A stretch of 42,591 bases of DNA, taken from contig MGVF01000038.1 in the NCBI GenBank assembly GCA_001800355.1, positions 1 to 42,591 of the forward strand, given 5' to 3'. Shown here piece after piece: positions 17,449 through 25,589 of this stretch; the first letter of the stretch is position 1, and the number at the start of each line of letters is the position of its first letter. The notes under the pieces were generated by a model. That model was not told the origin of the DNA. It made no database searches and saw nothing but the letters and a program-made list of their open reading frames with translations. The translations under genes and the position numbers were made by a program. The stretch is from Elusimicrobia bacterium RIFOXYA2_FULL_50_26. Its GTDB lineage: Bacteria > Elusimicrobiota > Endomicrobiia > Endomicrobiales > XYA2-FULL-47-53.

Positions 17449-18204
17449 GTGCCGGGAAAAAATAAAAAGATATTTATTGTAGAGGATAACAAGCCGTTTC
17501 TTGAAACCTTGAGCGATTTCCTTGTTTCCAAAGGATACGATGTGGAAAGTTTGGCGATCGGAAAGGGCGCTGCCGAGAAGATAAAGGCAACCGGTGCCGA
17601 CCTCGTGATGCTCGACATTGTGCTGCCGGATACGGACGGATTTCAGATATGCAGGGATATTAAAAGCGATCCGGTAACAGCGGCGGTCCCCATAATGCTC
17701 ATGACAGGTAATGAAACCATAGACATAGACAAGGGTTTTGCCCTCGGCGCAGACGAATGCATCTACAAGCCATTCAACCTGGAAGACGTTGCCTTGCGCA
17801 TTGCAAGGCTGCTGACGAGAAAGCAGAAGATATTCATCGTTGATGACGACCGCAAAATCGGTGATATGCTTACATTGATGCTTACAGAACAGAAATATGA
17901 CGTGGTTGTGTTTTACGAGGGGAAGGGCGTTGTGGAAACTGCTAAAAAGGAGCGTCCGGATCTTTTACTGCTGGACATAAATCTCGGTTTGCCGCCAGGG
18001 GGGATAGATATATGCGGGGAGTTGAAGGCTGATGCCCTGACCAGGACGATACCCATAATAATGTTTACCGCCAACGACGACGTGGAATCGGTGGAACGCA
18101 GTTTCGCATGTGGCGCCGATGATTATATATTCAAACCGTTCAAGGTGCCGGAACTGCTGCTCAAGGTAAGAAAGTACCTTACATATGTTAAGAACACGCA
18201 ATGA
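17449..18204 (+). CDS. Response regulator with two tandem receiver domains and no output domain
   Basis: IFIVED..VMLDIVLPDTDG..YKPF and IFIVDDD..LLLDINL..FKPF. Start set at GTG 17449 after AAGGAGGAG. Confidence 0.9.
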   Translation: MPGKNKKIFIVEDNKPFLETLSDFLVSKGYDVESLAIGKGAAEKIKATGADLVMLDIVLPDTDGFQICRDIKSDPVTAAVPIMLMTGNETIDIDKGFALGADECIYKPFNLEDVALRIARLLTRKQKIFIVDDDRKIGDMLTLMLTEQKYDVVVFYEGKGVVETAKKERPDLLLLDINLGLPPGGIDICGELKADALTRTIPIIMFTANDDVESVERSFACGADDYIFKPFKVPELLLKVRKYLTYVKNTQ

Positions 18205-18229
18205 TACGGTTCAAGCCGGAGGATAAATA

Positions 18230-20365
18230 ATGAATTTTGGCAGGAAACTGGTGCTTAGCTCGGCTGTTATAGCTTTTATTTTAGGACACCATGCAGCGCG
18301 TCCCTGCTATGCTTCTAATGTTACGGCCGCAGATTCGCTGCGTTTTGTGCCTGACCCACAGTCTGCCGCGATGGGGGAAAGCATTGTTTCTTTTTCAGGA
18401 TCGCCGGCCGTGATGATTGTCAACCCCGCAGCCATGGTTTATATTTACCAGCCTAAACTGTGTTTAAGCGACCTTATGTTGTGGGAAGGCTTGCGGTATA
18501 ATTTTGCCGGTTTCACCGTGCCCACCGGCATGGGAACCCTGGGTTGTTCGCTGTCGTACCTTTCATACGGAAAGATTCAGGGTTATGGTTATGACGGCGC
18601 TGAATACGACTTGCCTTCCACCTACGATGTGGCGGCTACCTTTGGTTATGCGCTGCCTCTGAAAGTTGACCTGCCGTTGCGCCGGGAGTACGGCAGCGTG
18701 GGCATTAACGTAAAATTTATCGTTAACAAACTGGCAAATTATTCCACGGAAGGCGTGGCATTTGATTTCGGAGGTATTTTCAAGGTGCCGTTCGTGGACG
18801 GATTAAATGCCGCGGTTGTTTATCGTAACGCGGGAACCTCGCTTAAATATACGAAAGATGCCAATGCATTGCCGGACCAGGCGCGGTTCGGTATCCGCTA
18901 TAACAGGCCGGCTTGGCGCAATCTTGCGCTGGTGGCCGATTTTAGCCAGGATATAAACAGCGCCATGCAGGTGTTTTCGGCCGGGGCCAGCATAATGCCT
19001 TTGTACGCCATTACGTTGCGCGGCGGGTGGATCGATGCGGAGAACTCCATCACATCAGGGGTTCGCTGGGGTATCGGTATGGATTTTGATATTTTCTCTT
19101 TAAACTATGCGATGTCGTCATTTAAAGATTTTACAATGTCCCACCAGGTTGGCGTAGATATTCCGCTGGGCAGCATTGCGCAGCCCAGGGCGGCCTACGA
19201 TCGTTACCTCGACGTTTATTTTCAGCGCGCAAAGGATAAATACGATGAGCGTGATTACATAGCGGCACGCCAGCAGATAGAGGAAATACTTTCAGTTTAT
19301 CCGGGACACAAGCAGTCCATCGCCTATCTTGAAAAGATAAGCGTGCAACTTGATAAAATAGACCAGCGGAAAAACTCCAAAATAGAGAAGCTATTGCGGG
19401 AATCGGAAAATGCCGTAATGCGAAACGATATAGAATACGCCAGGAAAAGTTTTAACAGAATTTTAAGAATAGATCCCGATAATGGCGCAGCGCTTGACGG
19501 GCTAAATAAAATCGAAAAAGTTACGGGCGAGGTGCGCGAACAGGATATGAAACAGTGGAAACAGGCGCTTCAATATTTGCATCAGGGCGAATACGTCATG
19601 GCCAAGCTGAATTTCGAGCAAATATACGCGGCTGATACTTCGCGTGACGACGCAAAGCGCATGGTGTTCGAAGCCGAGCAGCGCATAATAGAGATGAGCG
19701 CGGGCGAGATAAACAGGTTTTACAAGCGCGGCACCGCATTATTTAAGAAAGGAAAGTACAGCCAGGCTGTTCCATATTTTGAGGCCGTTACTGTCGCCAA
19801 CCCCAGTTTTATTGATGGGCAAAACTACCTTCTGAAATCCCGGCAGCGTATACGGGAAATAGAGCTGGGTGTTGAGAACAGGGAAACCAACCGTAAGCGC
19901 GAGACTGCCGAAAACGAAATAGCATCGGCTTTCAGCAACGCTTTAAGGCTTTATGACGGCGGCAATAATTATGAGGCGCTGGACGCATTCATGAAATGCC
20001 AGGAGATGGCGCTGCGCCATGATTTCAAGGAATACCTGGATCGCGTCAACAATTTTATCGCAACCATCCGCGCCAACATAGCCGAGCAGTACCTGCGCGC
20101 CGGCAAGAGCCTGGTTGACAGAAACGATGTCGAGAGCGGGCTTGAGGAGTACCGCAAGGGATTGATGTATGATCCCGGCAACGCGCAGGTGAAAGCCGAG
20201 TTTGATATTATTTCACGTTTGCTGACCAAACAATATTACGAGAAGGGAGCGGCGCTCTTTAAAAGCGGCGATGCCGTCGCGGCCAGGCAGATGTTCGAAA
20301 AATCGCTTTTTTATAATCCGGATAATGAAGAGGCGCGAAATGCCCTGGGAAAAATTTCGCGCTAA
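18230..20365 (+). CDS. PorV/PorQ-like beta-barrel fused to C-terminal TPR repeats
   Basis: Signal peptide. AADSLRF..SAAMGE..NPAAM variant of the PorV motif. Barrel ends near SHQVGVDIPLG, followed by ~390 aa of TPR helices (FYKRGTALFKKGKYSQAVPYFE, YYEKGAALF..FEKSLFYNPDNEEA). Confidence 0.8.
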   Translation: MNFGRKLVLSSAVIAFILGHHAARPCYASNVTAADSLRFVPDPQSAAMGESIVSFSGSPAVMIVNPAAMVYIYQPKLCLSDLMLWEGLRYNFAGFTVPTGMGTLGCSLSYLSYGKIQGYGYDGAEYDLPSTYDVAATFGYALPLKVDLPLRREYGSVGINVKFIVNKLANYSTEGVAFDFGGIFKVPFVDGLNAAVVYRNAGTSLKYTKDANALPDQARFGIRYNRPAWRNLALVADFSQDINSAMQVFSAGASIMPLYAITLRGGWIDAENSITSGVRWGIGMDFDIFSLNYAMSSFKDFTMSHQVGVDIPLGSIAQPRAAYDRYLDVYFQRAKDKYDERDYIAARQQIEEILSVYPGHKQSIAYLEKISVQLDKIDQRKNSKIEKLLRESENAVMRNDIEYARKSFNRILRIDPDNGAALDGLNKIEKVTGEVREQDMKQWKQALQYLHQGEYVMAKLNFEQIYAADTSRDDAKRMVFEAEQRIIEMSAGEINRFYKRGTALFKKGKYSQAVPYFEAVTVANPSFIDGQNYLLKSRQRIREIELGVENRETNRKRETAENEIASAFSNALRLYDGGNNYEALDAFMKCQEMALRHDFKEYLDRVNNFIATIRANIAEQYLRAGKSLVDRNDVESGLEEYRKGLMYDPGNAQVKAEFDIISRLLTKQYYEKGAALFKSGDAVAARQMFEKSLFYNPDNEEARNALGKISR

Positions 20366-20376
20366 CGGGAGATCGT

Positions 20377-20751
20377 ATGCGTTATAAAATTATAATCGCA
20401 AGGGCGTTGACGGCTCTGGCCGTAATGGGAAACATGGGTTTTGTGTCCGCGGATATAAAGGCTTATCCCGTCCCCTGGGTGCCTGAAGCGGGCAGGGAGG
20501 GTAAGATAGTATCGGGCAATTATACCGACGGCATAACATTTGCCGGCCTTCCATCGTCGGGTGATATATATATTTATAATATCAACGGCATGCTTGTCCG
20601 CCGCGTTACGTTTAGCGATCCTGTGGGTGGGCATCTGCGGCTTTACGGCGCAAATGACAGTAACGGCGGCTACATTTCAAGCGGCGTATACATATGGAAG
20701 GTCGTCGGTGACGGAATATCAAAAACAGGCAAATTGATAGTGGTGCGGTAA
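20377..20751 (+). CDS. Small secreted protein consisting of only a T9SS-CTD/FlgD-Ig-like domain
   Basis: Signal peptide followed by IKAYPVPW..ITFAGLP..IYIYNINGMLVR..SSGVYIWKV..KTGKLIVVR. Confidence 0.78.
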   Translation: MRYKIIIARALTALAVMGNMGFVSADIKAYPVPWVPEAGREGKIVSGNYTDGITFAGLPSSGDIYIYNINGMLVRRVTFSDPVGGHLRLYGANDSNGGYISSGVYIWKVVGDGISKTGKLIVVR

Positions 20752-20872
20752 TTACAGCCGAAAATCTGTTGCCTTATAATCGTCCGGCTTTATGACACAG
20801 TCGTCTGGTCGGGCAATGACAAACCTCACTGTAAACCTGCTGAAAAACTCTCCCCTGTCGATTTATTTAATG

Positions 20873-20901
20873 TTGCTTTTTTCCCAAAATATACGTACAA
20901 T
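20873..20901 (+). promoter_or_regulatory. Putative sigma70 promoter for the MgtE-like/Nramp/housekeeping run
   Basis: TTGCTT (20873-20878), 17 nt, TACAAT (20896-20901). Confidence 0.55.
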
Positions 20902-20928
20902 TAGTGAACAACTTATGTTACGCAGCGT

Positions 20929-21322
20929 GTCATTGCGAGGAGCCTTGGCGACGAAGCAATCCCGTCGTTTTGATACGAAACAGCAAGATTGCTTCGCTTA
21001 CAGGCTGTGTCGCAATTACATTTTGCGTCAAAAATTCTTCTTGCCGTCATTCCGGCGAAAGTCGGAATCTAGATTTTCCGTCGAGGCTGGATGCCGGATT
21101 AACAGACTGTATCATAATTACGTTTTATAGTCAAAAGTTCCTGTTTTCGTCACTCCGGCGAAAGCCGGAGTCCAGATCTTCCGTCGAGACTGGATACCGG
21201 ATTAAGGCATTCCGGTATGACGGACGGAGCAAAATGTAATTACGACACAGCCTGTAAAGCTCTCCGGCATGACGGGTACGGCTAAAAGGCAATTATGACA
21301 CAGTCTGTTAGCTCGCAATGAC
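20929..21322. mobile_element. Triple-nested palindromic elements: a family A core interrupted by a family B MITE, itself interrupted by a second family B copy
   Basis: GTCATTGCGAG..GATTGCTTCGCT (20929-20998) resumes as GCTCGCAATGAC (21311-21322). TIRs at 21001-21026 / 21229-21254 and 21102-21130 / 21282-21308. ~100-bp direct similarity between 21001-21101 and 21103-21204. Confidence 0.8.
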
Positions 21323-21363
21323 GGCAACCTTGGCATTTCTTGCGTAACATCAGCGAATAATAT

Positions 21364-22653
21364 ATGACAGATTTTCTCCAGGATAATTTCATTTTCATGT
21401 CGCAGATTGCCGGCTCGCCCGTCATAGATTTTAACAGCAATGAAAAAATCGGGTACGTTTCCGACGTGGCGGCGATGTTGCGCGATATGTATCCGCGCGT
21501 AAGCGGGCTTATCGTTCGCAAAAAAATGGCGCTGACCGTGTTTTATGTTCCATGGAAAAACGTCAGGAAAATTATGGCGGACAAGGCAATAATGATTGAG
21601 TACGATCCCGCCTCTGCCGCCGTTCCTTCGGAAAACGAGATAAAGTTGAAGGAGACTTTCTGGGATAAACAGGTTGTTGACGTGTCCGGCTCAAAGGTGG
21701 TGCGTGTCAACGACCTGCACTTTTTGAGGGAGGGTCCGAATTTCTGGCTGGTGCACATGGACATCGGTTTCAAGGGGCTTTTGCGCAGGCTCGGATGGCT
21801 GCGCCAGGCGGAACGCATTTTCCGCTGGCTGTTTTCCTTCGAATTAAAGGAACGCCTGATTTCCTGGAAATACATCCAGCCTATCTCGTCCGCCGGCGCC
21901 GGCGAGTCGTTGTTGCTCAAAGTGCCGCAGACGAAACTTTCCGAGCTTCACCCGGCAGATCTGGCGGAGATACTCGTTGACCTGGGAACCGACGAAAGGG
22001 TGGGTATTCTTAAATCTCTGGACACAGCTTCCGCGGCGCGGGCATTCAAGGAGCTCCCGCTTAAGGTGCGCATCCAGGCCGCCGAATCGTTCTCGAATGC
22101 GCAAATGTCCGGCATCATCAACGAGATGCCGGTTGACGAGGCCGTGGACTTGATAGGCAATTTTTCCCGCAAGCGCGCCAATGCCCTGTTTTTACTGATG
22201 CCCCAGGAGCGCGCGACGCAGATGAAAAAACTGTTAAGTTACTCCGAGCGGAGCGCCGGCAGCGTGATGAACACCGAGTATATCTCGGTGAAATCGTCCT
22301 CAAGCGTTAACGTTGTATGGGACCGCATACGTTCCGAAATTAAAAAGAAGGAATCAATATACTACATCTACGTGCTTGATGAAAACGACGCGCTGGTCGG
22401 CGTCGTAACCCTGCGCCAGTTGCTTACCGCGCCGCATGAAAAACTGGTGTCGGAAGTTATGCGCAAGCGCGTGTCCAAGGTGCGGGTTGACACCGACATA
22501 AAAGACGCAGCCCAGTTGTTCCTTAAATATGATTTTACCGTCATACCCGTCGTGGACAAGCAGAACAAGTTGCTCGGTACTATTACCATGAAGGACGCAT
22601 TCGAATCGGTCTATCCCGTCATAAGAGAAGAAGTCGAAGAGGCCACCAGTTGA
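21364..22653 (+). CDS. MgtE-like cytoplasmic protein (PRC-barrel region + MgtE N-domain + CBS pair), no TM domain
   Basis: DKQVVDVSGSKVVRVND, LSELHPADLAEIL, SAGSVMNTEY, YYIYVLD..LVGVVTLRQLL, IPVVD..LLGTITMKD; no hydrophobic C-terminal domain. Confidence 0.85.
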   Translation: MTDFLQDNFIFMSQIAGSPVIDFNSNEKIGYVSDVAAMLRDMYPRVSGLIVRKKMALTVFYVPWKNVRKIMADKAIMIEYDPASAAVPSENEIKLKETFWDKQVVDVSGSKVVRVNDLHFLREGPNFWLVHMDIGFKGLLRRLGWLRQAERIFRWLFSFELKERLISWKYIQPISSAGAGESLLLKVPQTKLSELHPADLAEILVDLGTDERVGILKSLDTASAARAFKELPLKVRIQAAESFSNAQMSGIINEMPVDEAVDLIGNFSRKRANALFLLMPQERATQMKKLLSYSERSAGSVMNTEYISVKSSSSVNVVWDRIRSEIKKKESIYYIYVLDENDALVGVVTLRQLLTAPHEKLVSEVMRKRVSKVRVDTDIKDAAQLFLKYDFTVIPVVDKQNKLLGTITMKDAFESVYPVIREEVEEATS

Positions 22654-23903
22654 ACATTTTGCAACGTTTAAAAGAAAATCCCGCCCTTCGGAATATACTT
22701 GTATTCGTCAGCATACTCGGCCCGGGAATTATTACCGGAAGCGTTGATAACGATGCCGGCGGCATTACAACATATTCCGTGGCCGGCGCGCTCTACGGTT
22801 ACGGGCTTTTATGGACGCTTATCCCGTCGTTCATCGTGCTTGTGGTGGTGCAGGAAATGAATGCGCGCATGGGTATCGTTACCGGCAAAGGCCTGGCCGA
22901 CCTCATCCGCGAGAATTTCGGCGTCAGGATAACGTTTTACGTTTTCATGGGATTATTTATCGCCGATATCGGAAATACCGCCACGGAATTCGCCGGCGTA
23001 GCAGGCAGCATGATGGTTTTCGGAATCAGTAAATACATCGCCGTTCCGATTACCGCCATCGGCGTGTGGATGCTGGTTGTAAAAGGAACTTACAAAACCG
23101 CCGAACGCGTTTTTTTGATTTTCAGCATGTTCCTTTTGTCGTACGTGGTTTCGGCGGTTATGGCTAAGCCGGAATGGGGCAAGATAGGCACGGCCATAAT
23201 CCAGCCGCATCTTGAGATGGATACAGCATACTTGAGCATGGTCATCGGCATCGTCGGCACCACCATTGCGCCCTGGATGCAGTTTTATATGCAGTCCGCG
23301 GTTATCGAGAAGCGCATTAAAATCGAGGACTACAAATACACGCTGTGGGACGTTATCATAGGCTGCGTCGCCACGGTTGTCGTGGCGTTTTTTATCATAG
23401 TTGCCTGCGCCGCGACGCTTCACAAGAACGGTATCGTCATAACGGAGGCCAAGGACGCCGCCATGGCGCTGGGGCCGCTTGCCGGCGCTTTTTCGTCGCA
23501 CGTGTTCGCTTTCGGATTATTCGTCGCCTCCGTATTTTCCGCGGCCATACTGCCGCTTGCGAGCGCTTTCTATATCAGCGAAGCCTTCGGTTTCGAGGCC
23601 GGCATCAACAAGAAGTTCAGCGAGGCGCCCCAGTTTTACACACTGTTTACGCTTAGCATTTTGATAGGCGCGGGCATTATTCTCATACCCGGCGCTCCGC
23701 TGATACCAATTACGATCTGGTCGCAGGTGCTAAACGGCATTTTCCTGCCGGTTGTGCTTGTTTCCATGATTATTATGGTCAACAACCCGAAGATCATGGG
23801 TAAATACACAAATACCCGCCTGCAAAATTTAATCGGCTGGTCCACCATAATTATACTCATCGTGCTCACCGCGCTCCTTCTTGTCGCCCCGCTGCTAAAA
23901 TAA
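22650..23903 (+). CDS. Nramp-family divalent cation transporter (NRMT/Mg-type)
   Basis: LGPGII..DNDAGGITTYS, QEMNARMGIVTGKGLADLIRE, GTTIAPWMQF; many TM segments; overlaps the upstream stop. Confidence 0.88.
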   Translation: MNILQRLKENPALRNILVFVSILGPGIITGSVDNDAGGITTYSVAGALYGYGLLWTLIPSFIVLVVVQEMNARMGIVTGKGLADLIRENFGVRITFYVFMGLFIADIGNTATEFAGVAGSMMVFGISKYIAVPITAIGVWMLVVKGTYKTAERVFLIFSMFLLSYVVSAVMAKPEWGKIGTAIIQPHLEMDTAYLSMVIGIVGTTIAPWMQFYMQSAVIEKRIKIEDYKYTLWDVIIGCVATVVVAFFIIVACAATLHKNGIVITEAKDAAMALGPLAGAFSSHVFAFGLFVASVFSAAILPLASAFYISEAFGFEAGINKKFSEAPQFYTLFTLSILIGAGIILIPGAPLIPITIWSQVLNGIFLPVVLVSMIIMVNNPKIMGKYTNTRLQNLIGWSTIIILIVLTALLLVAPLLK

Positions 23904-23905
23904 CA

Positions 23906-24038
23906 TGTCTCTTTAGCAGTTTGAGGTCATTGCGAGCGAGAGCGAAGCAATCTCGACGTTGCTTCTGATGAAAATTGAGATTGCCGCGCTCTTTGGGCTC
24001 GCAATGACGACGACAATCTTGAAAATGCTAAAGAGACA
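23906..24038. mobile_element. Family A MITE/REP-like element, copy 2 (inverted orientation)
   Basis: TIR TGTCTCTTTAGCA / TGCTAAAGAGACA; reverse complement of the 5273 and 41525 copies. Confidence 0.82.
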
Positions 24039-24050
24039 CAAAATAACATT

Positions 24051-25025
24051 ATGGAAGCATGGGAATCATTTAAGAAAACCGTTGCAGGAAATAAGCTCAT
24101 CGAGCCGGGCGCCGGAGTCCTGGCTGCCGTTTCAGGCGGGCCGGATTCCATGTGCATGCTTCACATGCTCTGGCGGTTGAAAAAAACCGTGCCGTTCGAT
24201 TTGTATTGCGTCTCGATAGATCACGGCTTGCGCAACGTGGCGAAAAAAGAGGTTGCCGCCGTATCGCGCTGGTGTCAATCGCATGGCATAGCGTCCTTTG
24301 TGCGCCGTATCCCTGTTGCGTCGTATGCGCGGGAAAATAAGCTGTCCGTCGAAACTGCGGGGCGTATGCTTCGCTATGAAATTTTCAAAAGTGTCGCAAT
24401 GGAAACCGGTTGCGGCTCCGTTGCAACCGGACATACCGCAAACGATACCGCGGAAACCGCGCTTATGTGGATTATCCGCGGTGCCGGCACGGAAGGTCTT
24501 TCCGGCATTCCCATGGCCAGGCCGTTAACCGGCGACATAAATGTAATCCGCCCGCTGCATTCGATAACACGCGAAGAGATAATGCGTTATCTGCGGCGCC
24601 AGGGCATGCCCTATTTTACAGATGTTTCGAATAAGGCGATGGATTATACGCGTAACAGGATAAGGAGCAGACTGTTGCCGCTGCTTAAAACATTTAATCC
24701 CCGCATCGTGGAACATCTTTATAATTTAACGCAAATAATATCGCGCGAAAATGAATATTTGCAATCGGTTGTCTCCCGTGAAATAAGCAAATCGGCGCAT
24801 GTCGGCGGCTCTAGAATCACGCTTGCTTTAAAGCGTTTTATTGGATATAATAAGGTAATTCAAGCGCGTATTTTAAAAAATATCCTGCCCGAAAAACTTT
24901 CGTCATCGCAGATAGAACGGTTGCTTGACTGGGTCTCTTTATCCGACGAAAGAAAAATGATCTTTTCCCGCCGATGGAGCATAAATAAAAACCGGCATTC
25001 GCTCACATTCAGGAAGACGAAATAA
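24051..25025 (+). CDS. tilS: tRNA(Ile)-lysidine synthetase
   Basis: AVSGGPDSM PP-loop, DHGLR, ATGHTANDTAET, RPL, YTRNRIR; lies upstream of hpt-ftsH. Confidence 0.95.
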   Translation: MEAWESFKKTVAGNKLIEPGAGVLAAVSGGPDSMCMLHMLWRLKKTVPFDLYCVSIDHGLRNVAKKEVAAVSRWCQSHGIASFVRRIPVASYARENKLSVETAGRMLRYEIFKSVAMETGCGSVATGHTANDTAETALMWIIRGAGTEGLSGIPMARPLTGDINVIRPLHSITREEIMRYLRRQGMPYFTDVSNKAMDYTRNRIRSRLLPLLKTFNPRIVEHLYNLTQIISRENEYLQSVVSREISKSAHVGGSRITLALKRFIGYNKVIQARILKNILPEKLSSSQIERLLDWVSLSDERKMIFSRRWSINKNRHSLTFRKTK

Positions 25026-25041
25026 AAAGGTGGGTTCTTTA

Positions 25042-25587
25042 ATGGAAAAAGACATTGACAGGGTTCTGTTAAGTTCAGAACAGATCAATGAACGCGTGGC
25101 GGAGCTGGCCAGGGAAATCTCAGCCTGGTACGGTGAAAATGAAGTTGTTATTATCCCGGTATTGGAGGGCGGGGCGATGTTTTCAAAGGCATTATCGCAG
25201 TTGGTCAATATGCCCCATGCCATCTGCCCGATAAAGCTTTCGTCTTACCAGGGAGCAAGGTCAACAAAAACGGTCAAGCTGCTGGAAGAGCTTTCCATAA
25301 GCCTGGCCGGCAGGGACGTGTTGATCGTCGAAGATATTGTTGACACGGGTTACACCCTGAATTTTTTACAGTCGTATCTCCGTTCCCGCGGCGTGGCTTC
25401 GCTGCGAACATGCGTGCTGCTGGACAAGGTATCCGCGCGGGAGGTTCACGTGGATATTAATTACACGGGTTTTATAATACCGGACGAGTTCGTGGTAGGT
25501 TTCGGGCTTGACTACCGCCAGCGTTACCGCGAACTGCCGTTTGTAGGAATACTGAAGCGCGAAATATATGATTCAAGGAGTACTTAG
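25042..25587 (+). CDS. hpt: Hypoxanthine phosphoribosyltransferase
   Basis: VLIVEDIVDTGYTL PRPP motif, FVVGFGLDY..YRELP. ATG 25042 preferred; GTG 25030 is an alternative. Confidence 0.95.
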   Translation: MEKDIDRVLLSSEQINERVAELAREISAWYGENEVVIIPVLEGGAMFSKALSQLVNMPHAICPIKLSSYQGARSTKTVKLLEELSISLAGRDVLIVEDIVDTGYTLNFLQSYLRSRGVASLRTCVLLDKVSAREVHVDINYTGFIIPDEFVVGFGLDYRQRYRELPFVGILKREIYDSRST

Positions 25588-25589
25588 GC

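Noticed and set aside
5564-18204. Type VI secretion locus (kinase + FHA + PP2C)
   Set aside because: No Hcp, VgrG, TssB/C, TssJLM or ClpV genes; the neighbours are PorV/CTD-like instead.
20752-21363. M-box (ykoK) or yybP riboswitch ahead of the Mg/Nramp genes
   Set aside because: The structure present is accounted for by nested repeats; no riboswitch consensus was recognised.
20792-21521. ORFs 20792-21130, 20904-21239 and 21282-21521(-)
   Set aside because: They are translations of palindromic repeats (CHCEE.., SLRG..ATKQS) with no RBS or protein-like features.
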